DNA from: Mobula hypostoma
Lineage: Eukaryota
Length of the DNA: 64,000 nt
Assembly: GCF_963921235.1 (NCBI RefSeq)
Contig: NC_086109.1
Location: 20,090,001 to 20,154,000, forward strand
Reading direction: 5' to 3'
Shown here: positions 38,216 to 51,295 of the stretch, in pieces
How the letters are laid out: every line of letters begins with the position of its first letter
Position numbering within the stretch: position 1 is the stretch's first letter
The notes under the pieces: generated by a model
Database searches by the model: none
The model's input: the letters and a program-made list of their open reading frames with translations, nothing else
Told to the model about the DNA's origin: nothing
Program-made: the position numbers and the translations under genes

Positions 38216-38989
38216 AAATTTAATTAAGTAGCTGGTGATTAGGTCAGCAATGAAGGTTCTCCATTTCTGTCCATCCTTTGCCACATAGGAATCTTCATTA
38301 CCATTTTTTAACAATTTTTTTCACCAGTCAGGGTTGTTAGCGCTGAGCTGACCTCCTGAACGTGGAGTTCTGGCCTCTGCCCCTTGATCTGCTCGACATG
38401 GGTAGCCCCACCAAGAACCAAAGAACAAGGCCCCGACTCCAGCCAACATCACTCTCTGGGTCAGTGAGGCACACAAACCTCCACACCACAACAAAGTTGT
38501 GGTCCTCTTGGAGGGACTTGCTGAAAGTTGCTATAGAAATGCAAGTTGTTGTTGCTGGTTCAATTGTGTTTCTCAGGTAAATCTACATGCGTCACATACA
38601 CACAGGCACAAACAGAGCCAGAAGAACTCATTGTGCAAACATATTTAAATATAAAATCAGGAGGTTTAAGCACTTCCACAGTGCAGCGGTGGTACTGACC
38701 TCTAATACAACCTCCACCTAACTGAATAATATTGTGAAGATAAGCCTACCGATTTAACAAAATATCTAACACACCTTGCAGTCTGCTGCAAGTTATCAGA
38801 GAGCTAAAACATGGCTACCAGTAAACATAAACTGTTGGATATTCGGTGCACCTGCAGGATGACATCAGGCATCAAACACGTCTTTGTTAATACTCTGTCC
38901 AATTACAGAATTACAGGCCCACAACGTACTCATGACCTACACAAATCATTGAAACTCCTAACTTAACAAGCAGGATCCATGGGATAGAG

Positions 38990-39830
38990 TCACAATCAGG
39001 TTTAATATTACTGGCATACAGTATGTCACTAAAGTTGTTAACTTAGCAGCAACAGTACAGTGCAGTACGTGAATAAATAAATCACAATAAGTAGATATGT
39101 ATATTAAATAGTTAAATTAAAAATAGTGCAAAAACAGGGGGAAAAAAATGAGGTCACAAACAAAGGAAAATCTGCAGATGCTGGAAATCTGAGTAACACA
39201 CACGAAATGCTGGAGGAACTTAGCAGACCAGGCATTATCTATGGAAGAGAGTACAGTCCGTACTTTTTCCATAGATGCTGACTAGCCTGCTGATTTCCTC
39301 CTGCAACTTGTAGGTGTTACGTAAAATAAAAGTGAGGTAGTGTTCAAGGGTTCAATGTCCATTCAGAAATCAGATGACAGAGGGGACAAAGCTGTTCCTG
39401 AATCACCGAGTGTGTGCCTCAGGCTGCTGAACCTCCTTCTTGATAGTAACAATGAGAAGAGGTGATGAGGGTCCTTAATAATGGACACCACCTTTCAGAA
39501 AATGTCTTGGATACCCACGAAAGAGCTGACTATTCTACAACTTTCTGTAGCTTCTTACGACCTTGTGCAGTAGACAGCACCCCCCCCTCAATACCAAACA
39601 GTGATGCAGCCTATCAGAATGCTCCCCCTGCTACATCTGTAGAGGTTTTCAAGTGTTTTACGTGTCAAACCAAATCTCTCAAACTCCTAATGAAGTACAA
39701 CCACTGTTTTGCCTTCCTTATAGCTGCATCGACGTGTTGGGTCCAGGTTAGATCCTCAGACATATTGACACCCAGGAACTTGAAATTGCTCATTCTCTCC
39801 ACTTCCGATTCCTGTATGAGGATTGGCTTC
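38990..39830 (-). mobile_element. Rex1/Babar-like LINE 3' part containing an inverted PLE repeat pair at about 39153-39320
   Basis: ORF 39665..39874 VERMSNFKFLGVNMSEDLTWTQHVDAAIRKAKQWLYFIRSL. Confidence 0.8.
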
Positions 39831-40084
39831 TCACAGAAAATGGGATGAGTGGTGGTTGAACTCAATAAACACACGAGCTTTTCCTGTTTAGTTTGCCAGG
39901 CTCATGCCTGCTCTCTGAGATGGACATAAAATATCACACTGTATTTATAGATGAACAAAGGCGATACCCTCGTGTTAAATAAATTACAAATCCAGTCAAT
40001 TTTTTCAATTGTTATTGAGTAATATTGGTATGAGCGAGTTGCTGATTTTATCTATCTAAGATGAAGCACTGAATTCAATTTGGC

Positions 40085-40840
40085 CGGCGTAGTAGTATAA
40101 CAGTTAGCATAACACTGTTACAGTGGCAGCAACCCGGGTTGGATTCACACCAATGTCAGTGTTCTCCCCGTGACTGTGTGGGCTTCCTCCCGTGCTCCAG
40201 TTTCATCTCACGTTCTAATGGCGTACAGATTAGTAGGTTAAAGGCTGATTTATACTTCTGTGTCAACTCCACGCCGTTTATTACGGCGTCGCCGCGAAAC
40301 CTATGCAGAGCCGACGCAGATCCCTACACCGTAGCCTGACGCGCACCTCTCCCAAAATGTAACTGCGCGTCGCAGCAATGCAGACCGCAACAACTGTGAT
40401 TGGTCCGCTTGGTAGCATTGCATTTCCTCCTACGCTGCAACAGCTTCCCATTGGGCGACAGAAGGGCAGGGAAGGAACTCTGGCTGCAATGCTTTCCATA
40501 AAGCTTTACAGACCTCCGAAATTATGGAGGACATATTTCGCTTTTATGAAAAAATATGCTCGCTTTAAACTTGTTTACCCCAAGAAAGACTACCATGACT
40601 ATGAAGCCTTGCGTGGGCAGGTGTGTGCACATGCGCGACGTGCCCGAATTTCAGAGCAATGCAGACACAGCAACGCACAAGTCTAAATGCTCACAACGCG
40701 CATAGGTCACTTGTGTAGGTTACCGCGTCGAGATAATGCTGTAGTATAAATCAGCCTTAATTGTTCACATGGGGGTAATTGTGCAGCACAGGCTTGTTGA
40801 GTCTGCAGGGCCTGTTATTTTGTTGTATCTCTAAATAACA
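40085..40840 (+). mobile_element. V-SINE/HE1-like SINE split by a Harbinger MITE
   Basis: tRNA-like head; core AGTAGGTTAA resumes as TTGTTCACATG after 40760. Confidence 0.7.
40242..40757. mobile_element. PIF/Harbinger-type MITE (young, CpG-rich)
   Basis: TIR AGGCTGATTTATACT / AGTATAAATCAGCCT; 3-bp TSD TAA at 40239-40241 and 40758-40760. Confidence 0.88.
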
Positions 40841-42179
40841 AATAAAACAATTCAAAAGCTCCACATTGCACTTCGGACTATCTTAAGGTCTTGAAAGATA
40901 CAAATAAATAATTCTTTCTTCCTTTTCAAGGACCCAGATTAAAACTCATTGAATTGGATTGGGTCTGGTAAAAAGATGAAAGTTTGAGTCACACAATCCA
41001 AGTAGTCAATTCCCAGCTAAAATTTCATTGAATTGAAATCAAGTTAGCAGGCTCATCCGGAGAGCCAAAGGATACTAGAGCACATGAATACAAAGAAGCA
41101 GAAGCTTTGAGCAGGCCACTCACCGCTCATTATTCAATGTGATTATGGCCAACCTATGCTGGCCTCAACTTTTCTTCAGCAGCATTTTCCCCACCACTCT
41201 CAGTTTCCCAGTCTTTCACGTTTTGTGTAGCTGAATGATAGAATCTCAGAGAGGGAAGAAATGAATGTGAATGTGGGGAGGACAAAAAGGTTTAGGATAT
41301 CATTAATAGGTACACTACGGTTTGTGCAGGCACAATGACTAAAGATCCAGTTTCCATGCTGTGTCTCTCTATGGTTCTATGGGCTTACCATTTTGGACAA
41401 AAGATTTTGAGCAATATACAACGAATAGACAAATCATAAAGATTGTATGAGTGAAAGTGGAGTGTGAAGTGTAATTATTATGTAAGCTAGCAGAATTTCG
41501 TGGGGCAGATTGGATTGAGAAGAAGGCCTTTACAGATCCATCACTGATGGTACACTGATTACTTTGAAGGCTCAGTGAAGTAGGTGGGATTCCCAAGTGG
41601 AAGACCTGGAATCTCGAGAGTCCACATTGTAAACTTATGCTTGCAAGAGTCATTTCCTGATACTCTGATACATATCGGTTGCAGAGTTAAAATGCTTTAA
41701 TTTGTGTCCAACTGCTCTGTCTTGTAATCAGCCACAATATCATTCAATAGTGGAAATATAGGCTGAAAAGTCTGAATGGCTTCCTCCTACCAATATACTT
41801 GGCTTAACACGGCTGATTGCTGAAAACGGGCACTCTAAAATTAGTTCACTTACCATTGTTCAAATTTGGTAAATATTGATGAGGTAAATATTGACAGTTC
41901 AGAGGTAAAGAAAGGAATAAAACCATGGAAATACCTACATAGCCAAAATATTTCAATGAAAGCTACGATCTTATTCAAACCCATGGAATTATTTCTTGAG
42001 GCATTTGTTTAATTGTATTTTTGTGAAGGGAAAAGTATTTTGTTTGTGTGGGTCTTATGCCATTTTCCTTTGCGCACAGACAAAGCAGAAAGGATTTATG
42101 ACAACTGGCGTTTTATATGGTGGGAAAGAAATATGTTCTATGATGAAATGCAAAGACTCTAACCATGAGGTTAGAATCC

Positions 42180-43150
42180 TATCTTAGGATCAAACGAGTC
42201 AGTGTCATTATTCCAGAAATTTCCTAGTCTTTCTGACAGCTCATTTCCGACAAGCTTTCAGCTGTACAACTTGTCACCTCATCTCTGAAACCAATGAAAT
42301 GCCAACTTCAGTCAATGAGCTGCAGCTCATAGGCGACACTGTAGACATTTTTGGATACTGAAATCCAACTAATAGCTGATTCTTTCACTAGTCAAAGAAA
42401 ATGAGCTGCAGGTTAAATAGTGACAAAGCAATGGTCCTCCATCAATGCCACAAGCCATCCACAAAGGCTTATGACAATATCCTGGAAAACTTGACCAACT
42501 TTCCATAAGTCAGAGTCACAACCCAGAGAAGGTAGAAGTCGATGTTGAAAATCGCCACTACTTCCTATATACCTTTGGGTATGAAAGAAAAAAACTTATC
42601 CAAAGATCAGACCTGGCACATTATGGTCCATTAGACATTGCTGATCACCTCCTTCCTGTGTATTTCAGAAACATGGACTACCCACAGCAGACACCTTAAA
42701 AGTGTCAGGAAAATACCGTTCAACTCTGTTTCCACCATATTCTCCGTTGTTAGAATAAGCAAAGTAACATTGGTGTCTCTGCTAGGTTAATATCCCCAGA
42801 ATCAAGGCTCAAATTACACTCAGTTGTCTCTTCATTGCCTCCTAAAGCAGACATTCTGGTCTGACCTCTGACACACCAAGGTGTTACCAGGTGGACAGAT
42901 AGAATTCTTCAAAGACATCCTCAATTTTTGTTTCTGAGAAAATGTAACATCATGGAAATGTTAGCCCATGACTGGTTGAAAAAGGAGAAGGAGCTTCTGG
43001 GATACTTAGACTTTTAGTTTCTTCATCAGAAACAGTAGAAAGTCAAATAAAATTGGCAGAAGGAGCACATTGCCTCCCATCCCATTAAGCACCTTCTGCC
43101 ACTCCTGTGGCACAGACTGCACAACTTGACTTGAATTTCCTTCTCATAAC
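42180..43150 (+). mobile_element. Highly decayed RTE-like LINE RT fragment
   Basis: Remnants resembling ELQ(Y)ADD (GAGCTGCAGCTCATAGGCGAC) and LENVDHFPYLGS (CTGGAAAACTTGACCAACTTTCCATAA). Confidence 0.5.
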
Positions 43151-44089
43151 CGAGAGAACTGGTAGAGAAACAAGTCTTTATTAAACTAAACAGCACAGAA
43201 ACAGGTCCTTCAGCCCAACTTTCTCATTTCCACCCAAGATGCTGTTTGAACTCATCCTTTTTCCCCATATTTGGCTCATATCCTTCTGAAGGTTTCCTGT
43301 CCATGCACCTGTCTAAATGTTTTTTAAACAATGTAATTTATCACCCTTAATTGTAAGAGGAAGAAATAAAATTGCTTGTGGGTTAAATTGTTTACCTGCT
43401 TAATAGATTTTGTTTTTTCTCAACAAAAGCGGGAGAGCCCAATACCCAAATCTTTTGATGATTCACGTTTTGCGGTTAGGGTGGGTACATTATTCTATAG
43501 AAGGTCCCAAAGCTAGCATTAAAGCCAAGAATCCAGACTCGAGAATCTTGTAATGAGCTTTTCATTTGTTTCAGGAATATTTCCCTGTTTTAAGTAAGGA
43601 CTTTATTGCAGACTACTGCATCATCAATGGAATTCTACTGTGCAGTGGCACTAGTGCCAAATGTGACGACTTCTGGACAAGTACAATGGAGTGTAAGGCT
43701 CCCTTTATTTACAGCCTACAAGAGTGATATCAGACTTTAACTATTACCACGCAGACAAGGGTTCTTTTCACAAGGAAAGCAACAACTGCGGGTATCCTAA
43801 AAAGACATCTTTAACATTATTGAGGGAAATCAGAACATTCAAGAGGGAAAGGAGCCCCTGTTGCTCAATCGACCATAAGCTTGGTGCTGTGCAAAAGGAA
43901 AGTGACTTCAGATGAATGAGAAACAAAATTAAGATTCATAATCAAATTAGGAATTCAGGGGAATCCCAGATGGTAGTGAGAATGTGGAACTCATTACCAC
44001 ATAGGGTAGTTGAAACAAAAAGTATAAATTAATTTTAAAGCAGAAACTAAATAAATAACGAGGAAGACAGGACTAAAAGGATTGATGAG

Positions 44090-44250
44090 AGTCACAGAAG
44101 ATTCTGCAGATGCTGGAAATCCGGAGCAACACACACAAAATGCTTGAGGAACGTATTAGATCAGGAAGCATATATGAAAATGAAGAAATAACCGACGTTT
44201 CGGGCTGACACCCTTCTTCAGGACTGGAAGAAACGGGGAAAGACAGAAGA
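44090..44250 (-). mobile_element. PLE terminal-repeat fragment with hammerhead motif (44190-44226)
   Basis: Reverse complement reads CAGTC-CTGAAGA-A-GGGTGTCAGCCC-GAAA-CGTC-GGTT. Confidence 0.75.
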
Positions 44251-44737
44251 TTATGAAGATAATGTTAGCTTTATTTTGTTGAAAGACTATACCGTTATGG
44301 GCCTGTTGAGCTGAAAGATCTATTTCTTTGCTGAAATGTCTGTCATATCCCAAGTGTTTACCACAGCCTCAGGTTTATTTTCCATTAAACCATCTGATAT
44401 TCTTATTCCCCTTGCCTTCAATTCTTCTGGCCTTTCTGAATGACATTACTAACGGAATGCTGCTTAAGCTTTTTTCTGAGGTCAAGTAATGGACCTGGTA
44501 ATGTTGATTAAACTTACAGTAGGATTGTTACTTCAATGACATTGGGGAAGCCTTTCTTCTGTTAGCTGAGAAAGCTGTAGAAAGAAGAGAAAATTAAATC
44601 AGCTGATTTCAAGTCCTTTGGATTGATATAAAGGGGAATCTAAACTCCACCTTTAATGTTTTAGAATGAATAATCATGTCAAATATGTTGCTTGTTCTAC
44701 AAGTTCAGAACAAAAGGGGTATTACCTGAAAGTTCCA

Positions 44738-44840
44738 GTAACACACACAAAATGCTGGAGGAACTCAGCAGATCAGGCAGCATCTATGGAGGGAAATAAA
44801 TAAATAAATAATGTTTCAGCCTGAGTTCCTTCATCAGGAA
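44738..44840 (-). mobile_element. PLE terminal-repeat fragment (degenerate hammerhead)
   Basis: AACACACACAAAATGCTGGAGGAACTCAGCAG...GTTTCAGCCTGAGTTCCTTCATCAGG. Confidence 0.75.
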
Positions 44841-47279
44841 GGAATACTTGAAAGTTAGAGCTGAGGCATTTATGATAATGTATTTTTTTCAAAAAACGGT
44901 AGCAAAAAATTGGGAAAGGCAGTGGATATTGGGGTTCTTGGAACTTATAAGAAATGTCAGCAATTTTGTGTGATGGTAGCACCAAAAGATGGAGGGTAAA
45001 CATGATGAAACACAATTGAGATGTAAATTACTCATCTAATTGAATGGCAAAACAGTCTCCAGGGTAGAACAGATTTCTTTTATTTCATTCACATAACACA
45101 CAGTTCCTCTGTCCCATATGAATGCAATTTACTTGACCACAATACATTTACAAATTAGTGAAAAAAAATTTCCAGAATGTTTCTTTTTGATGAGTTGTTG
45201 CCTTAAGGAATAATAGGTTGAAACATCCCAAGATGTACTGTACTACTATGGTGTTATTAATGCTTTCTGGGAGAACACAGGAAACAACCACACTGGCAAG
45301 ATAGCCTTATCTTGGTAAGTTATGTCTTGTGTTTTTTTTAATTGTTCGATGGCATGAACAACAGGCTTCTGAGAATTTCAGTTGTGGACAAATGCCATCA
45401 GGAGTTCTTGCTGTTTATCACCCATGAAAGTTAATAGCTATTAACTTTCCAAGATGATAATAATCATCAGAACTATTAAATATTGATGAGTTCAGCTTCA
45501 TATCCAGGATTTTGCAGCCTTAGAGAGTGAGATATTATGACAATGCCAGTTATTTTACACTTGCTTGGAAATCAGCATGCAGCATGAAGAAAGGGGTGGG
45601 ATTTTGGACAGCGATGAAGTGACACAACAGTTTGGTAGTTTCTATTCTATAGAACACATTATAGCAGGTTTCCAAATTAATGGGTAAAATTACTCTTCAA
45701 TTTAAAAAAAAAATTTTTTTTGGCACGTAGTTCAGTATCTGTTACCCATTTTAGTCAGGTTATTGATGCTTTCCTCATAACCTCCAGCTTGGGTAAATGA
45801 TCATTATTCACCTCCAAATCTGCAGGATAAATTTTACTGGACAAGTTGACCATGTATTTGTAAAGCCAATAATGTTATGATTTTATTTGACAAAGCCTGA
45901 TGGCTTAATAACAGTACTATCCATTGCTATCAAAGAAGTGAATCTGTTGCTTCTTCTTCCTGTTTGAAAAGCTTTCTACTCCACCTACATTCTCTTCCCC
46001 ATAGTCATGTGATCTTTCTACAAAGCAGGAGAGATCACTTGACTATGGGGATTGGAAAATAGGTGGTATCAGATCCAGACCAGACCATTTATTTTAAGAA
46101 TTTAGAAATGTGCTTTTTTTTCCCCACATGTTAATGTCTAATTTGGTTTTCGGGTTTTGTAGATCAAGAGACTTTGGGAATTATACTGAGCTGACAATCA
46201 TCATAGTCTTTCCCCTTAGTTGAATCCAATGCCCCAAACTCTTTTTCCATTCTTGTTCCTGCCTATAACTCGATGCAGTGTGAAATATGATTTCCATCGT
46301 GGATTTTTTTCAGTCTGTTTCCAATGTTTCCCTTACAATCTAAGAGCCACAAAAATACTTGGAATTTTTAATCTCAAACTAGGCTGCTTTTTTCCCTTTA
46401 TTATGCAATTTTTCAAATTCACCATTCTCCCATATTGGTGATTAGAATTTCCAAGCGGCTAACAATGCCTCTTCATGCCACAATGGGAACAGTTCTAGTC
46501 CTGCACCCTCCTTAGGCATGTTTGTCCGAAATTCCTCTCCATAGCCTGAATTGCACTATCTGGTTTTCCTCTCATTTTCAGGTTTGCTGAAATAGCCCAT
46601 TAATCAGATTTGTTGAGAGAGAACTCAGCCATGGTGTAAATGAAAAACAGTAATAAAAATGTTTAACTTGCAAATTTGACCCGTTGTACATTTGGGCCGC
46701 AGTAAGTTAAACTATGAAGATGTAGGAGCAGACTTAGGCCAGTTGACCCATCACATCCTCTCCACCATTTGATCATGGTTGATTTATTTTCCCTCTTAAC
46801 CCCATTCCCCTGCTTTCTCCCCATAACATTGGGCGCCCAAGGACCTATGAATCCTCACATTAAATATACCTAGTGACTTGTTGAACGTGCATATTGTGAA
46901 GCTAGTACAGAAAGACAGTAAGCTGTTTGCTATATGGGAACTGTATTTGAAAAACAAGCTTGCATTTATAGTCAGAGTTATATGGTACAAAAACAGGCCC
47001 TTTGGCCCACCTCACCCATGCTGAATGTGATGCCGGTCCATACTAATCCCACCTACCCTCATTGAGCCTGTATCGCTCTAATCCTTCCCGTTCTAGGTTC
47101 CTGTATAAATATCTTTTACACATTGTAATTGTATCTGAAAATTCAAATTCCGTGTTTCAAGAATTCAGAATCTCAAATTGCTTCTCAGGAGTAAACCATT
47201 TTTGTAGTTATAATTATAGGAAATAATAATAATAAATCTGAAGACTAATCTGAATTTGTAGCTAAAACAAACCTGCATC

Positions 47280-48338
47280 AGGGTTTAATCTTCCCTTTGA
47301 TGTGAGTTCAGTGAGATCCTCTCTCACTGCTCCCCCTCTGTGATCTCTGCTGTCCTCTGACTCTTCAACCTTGTACTCACCCACGCCTGCTACCACAGGA
47401 ATGTACCCTTCCTGGCAGCTTGTCTTCATCGCCATCTTGTGCCACATGGCTTCCAGATCCATTTTCAGGTCTCTTGGTTGGGCCTACCAAGGAACCCAGA
47501 TACATGGGTTCAATTGACAGTTTCTCCCGTTGCTTCGCCCTCTGCATTCTATGCACCGCCCTTTCTGCCATGCAGAGATAGCTGGTGGCCCTGTCTCAGT
47601 CGTTTCAGAAGCAAATTTCTGCCCCCCACTCTTCTTCTATTCTCTACTCTGAGTTTTTACCTCTTCTCTTCTCACCCGCTTATTACTTCCCCCTGGCTCC
47701 CCTCCTCCTCTCCTTCTTCCCTTTCTCTTGTGGTCCACTCTCCTCTCCTATCAGATTCCGTCTTCTTGAGGCCTTGCCCTTTCCTACCCTTCTGGCTTCA
47801 CCTATCACCTTCTAGCTAGCCTCATTCCTCCCCCCACCCACTTTTTCATTCTGGCATCTTTCCCCCTTCCTTCTCAGTCCTGAAGAAGAGTCTTGGTCCA
47901 AAACATGGCCGTCTATTCATTTCCTAAGATGCTGCCTGACCTGCTGAGTTCCTCCAGCATTTTGTGTGTGTTGCCTTGGACTTCCAGCATCTGCAGATTT
48001 TCTCGTACTTGTGATCCAACTAATACATTGTGAGGCCTCTTCGAAGAATGCCTAACCTGAAGAAGTTTAAACCTTCTCTTCAACGGGTGTTCAGTGAAGC
48101 CCTCTCTTACTGCTCCCCTTCTATGATCTCTGCTGCCCTATGCGCTCACACAGACCCGCTACCTCAGGCATGTATCCTTCATGGGAACATGTCTTCGCCA
48201 CCATCTTCTACTACCTGACTTCTCATCTTTTTTTCCCCAGTCCTGACGAAGGGTCTCAGCCCGAAACATTGACTGTTTATTGATTTCCATAGGTGCGGTC
48301 TGGCCCACTGAACTCCTCCAACATTTTGTGTGTGTTGT
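47280..48338 (+). mobile_element. Tandem of two internally deleted Penelope-like units
   Basis: Shared head TTCAGTGA..CCTCTC..ACTGCTCCCC..TGATCTCTGCTG at about 47307 and 48090; each unit ends in a terminal repeat with a hammerhead motif (47875-47911, 48238-48275); LVPHGFQIHFQ resembles a PLE ORF N-terminus. Confidence 0.75.
48238..48275 (+). ncRNA. Minimal type-I hammerhead ribozyme motif (CpG-decayed stem III)
   Basis: CAGTC-CTGACGA-A-GGGTCTCAGCCC-GAAA-CATT-GACTG with a perfect 5-bp stem I CAGTC/GACTG. Confidence 0.7.
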
Positions 48339-49624
48339 GCTGAATGGATAAATGGGTCTCCTTTTGCTCATTATTTTCATAGGTCTGTATGTTGATTAAA
48401 AAGTACGAGAGCCTTGATAGACTGCTGTTGCTCTGCTGCTACTAATGGGTGGAAAGCCAATTTTATTTGCAATACTCAGCAGTACGAGTATGACCAAGAT
48501 TTACAGCAGAGGTTCGCACAGTGACAGAGAGGCAAGGCGGAAGGGGTGGAGGGGGAGGGGTTGTGAAAGTAGAACCAAATTCCACTTTAAAAAAGGAGAA
48601 AAATTGGGTGATACTAATCAGACGCGGATGTGGACGTGGTTGGCAATAAGGCTGTGAACTCTGGTAATATACAACTCAGGTGCCTAATGGCAAACATCTC
48701 CTTTAAATTGGTAACGTTAGCATACTTCTAAAATGAAGGGAAAACAAGGAAGTTGATCATCGTCATCAACGGCATTCACTCTGAGGGCACAAGAACCACA
48801 AAACACATCCTGTCAGATACTGCATGTTTAGAAATGCAGGGGAACCAGTTCAGAAGCGAATTCAAGACCCAAGTCTAGGACGTGGCATGAACAGAGCTGG
48901 TGATGCGATATGTCAGAAACTACCATTCATCTCTGAGACAGCCTGAGACACTGTCTAATTTAATAACAAGGGATGTTTTTTCTTGCAGCCAAGGTCCCCT
49001 TTTATTAAAATCATTTGCAACCCAAGTCAAGCAGTAAGTCCATGAGCACCTCCCCCACCTCCAAGCATTTGACCACAATCAATTCAGCGCAAATTAGCAA
49101 TAGTTCTGCAACCCACAGAATGGCTGGTGGCGGCGAAGTGGAATTTATCGCATAACGTTGAAGAAGAGAGTACTCATTTTCAGTGTAGATTCGAGGGCCA
49201 TGTGGGGGAAGCATAATTTTGTCAGGTGGGCCACTGCTAATCATCTACATGCTTGTTACAGAACCGAAGTAGAGAAACGGTATTTTTGTAGATGGTATAT
49301 CTTTTTCACACAAGTATTGTATATGAGACAGAATCTTCTTTGATTCCCATTTGTATTCCAATGGTAATGACACAGGTGGAAAATATTGTTAGTATTTTAA
49401 CTTGTCCTATCAAAATGCAAATAACAACGCAAGGGCATTCAGTTTGGTTTCCAATCGAGTTTGAATTTTTGGCCTTGACTGACAGATTCATGGAGATACT
49501 TTCTACCTGCTGGGTACAGATGTCAGCTAAAATAGCTGAAATGAATGTTCATCATGTTTTACTGGTTTTGCTTGCCGTGCTTCTATGATGTAATTAGGAC
49601 ACCTTATAAACTTAATGACATCAA

Positions 49625-49882
49625 CATGCAGCAGCACAGTAGTGCAATGGCTAGATTTACTGTACCAGCGGCCCAGGTTCAATTCACGCCGCTGCCTGTA
49701 AGGAGTTTTTACATTCTCCCCGTGAGCACGTTGGTTTCCTCTGGGTACTCCAGTTTCCTCCCATGGTCCAAAGATGTGCCGGTTAGTAGGGTAGTAGGAT
49801 TAAATTGGGGTTTGCTGGGTGGCATGTCTCAAAGGGCCAGAAGGGCCTCTTCCACACTGTATATCAATCAATCAATCAATCA
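49625..49882 (+). mobile_element. V-SINE/HE1-like SINE with (ATCA)n tail
   Basis: B-box-like GGTTCAATTC; core GGGTACTCCAGTTTCCTCCCATGGTCCAAAGA. Confidence 0.75.
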
Positions 49883-51049
49883 TTAAGATGAACAAGGACC
49901 AGAAAACCCTTGTCCTGTATTTTCAAACTCACATACCTCAAGTTCGTTGCAGATGATCAGCACAGAAAATATGCCTAAAACCTCTATGACTTAGAAGCAG
50001 CACAGTTAATTTAAGTTAATATTCCCAAATTAACTTTTTTAGTCTGTTTATTGTTATTATTGTGTCTTTGTTAATTGTAATCTTCTCTTTTAATGACTGA
50101 AAGTTCAACATTGTCTTGTGAGTCTTCAAGATGAAACTTAGCCTAACAATTTAATACTGAGAGTTCTGTAGAGGCAATGCCCTTCTGGACTATTGTTTTG
50201 TAAAATGGCAGAAAATGTTACATTCAAAATTTTCAGTATGCTTTACATATGCTATTACAGGGTTGACGACTGCTTTGGCATTAACTAGAAAGGAAAATTA
50301 GCCTTTCTGAGCTGAATGGAGTCCCAAATGTCTGCCTTTCCCCGGGTTGGTTTGGCTTTATGCATTCTTCTTAGTGAAAACTTCCCACCCACTCCTATAT
50401 TTGCTGTCTGTGACTTCAGATGCTCCAGCCACATTGACCATGATCATCCTTGTACCTTCACCTGACCAATCAACTCAACTCTTCCTTCATCTCCAAAACT
50501 CATTCACCTTTATTCCCCTCTCGACTCCAACCAAACCTACCATGACACACAACTAAACTGTTCATAGACCCATCTGATAAATCGTCCTTCAAACCCTTAC
50601 AAAGCAAAACAACCCTCAACTGGTCTGATTATAAGCCCTCCCTAGTCAATCCCAACACTCTCCACTCGTAGCCACCATCACCTCCATTCCCAGATCCTTA
50701 GCACACCTGAATCCCCAATACTGCCATTCCCCTGATAGTTTACTCACTACCTGGTCCTAATTTTCTCCACACATCTGTCTTTCTAATATTCCTCTCTGCC
50801 TTTCCTCCAACTTGCTGCCCTTTGACATCTTCACTTATTTACTCACTGCCCACTACACTGCTGGTGTTTAGGGTAGCAATGAAGCTCCTCCGTCTCTGTC
50901 TGTCCTTGGCTACTTTCGTAGTGTCACACACAGATACAGGAGGGTTCTTTACAGCTGTTTCTGTAAGATTTTTTTTTGACCAATCAGGATTGATAGACCT
51001 GAGCACAACCTCCGAACCTGAGAAGAAATTTTTAAAGATACATTGATGG

Positions 51050-51295
51050 CAGTTTGAAGAAAAACAGGCATTTATTCCTCCGTGTCTTGGCCAATGTCAG
51101 TTCCTTAACCAACATCATTTAAAAAAAGCAGATTATCTGATCTTTACCTCTGTGGTCCAAGAATTTCCTGAGTACAGACTGACCCCAGAGTATTAAATGT
51201 TATAATTGTGAGCACATTTCTAAAAGCATTGCTCAAAATATAAAAAATCCAAAGGTTGCAAAAGCTGTTGTTGTAAAACGTCCTTGCTTGATTAA
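51050..51295 (+). mobile_element. Deu-domain SINE relic, copy 2 (near-duplicate of about 38000-38220)
   Basis: Long identical runs shared with copy 1, e.g. TCTTTACCTCTGTGGTCCAAGA and TTTCCTGAGTACAGACTGACCCCAGAG. Confidence 0.65.
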
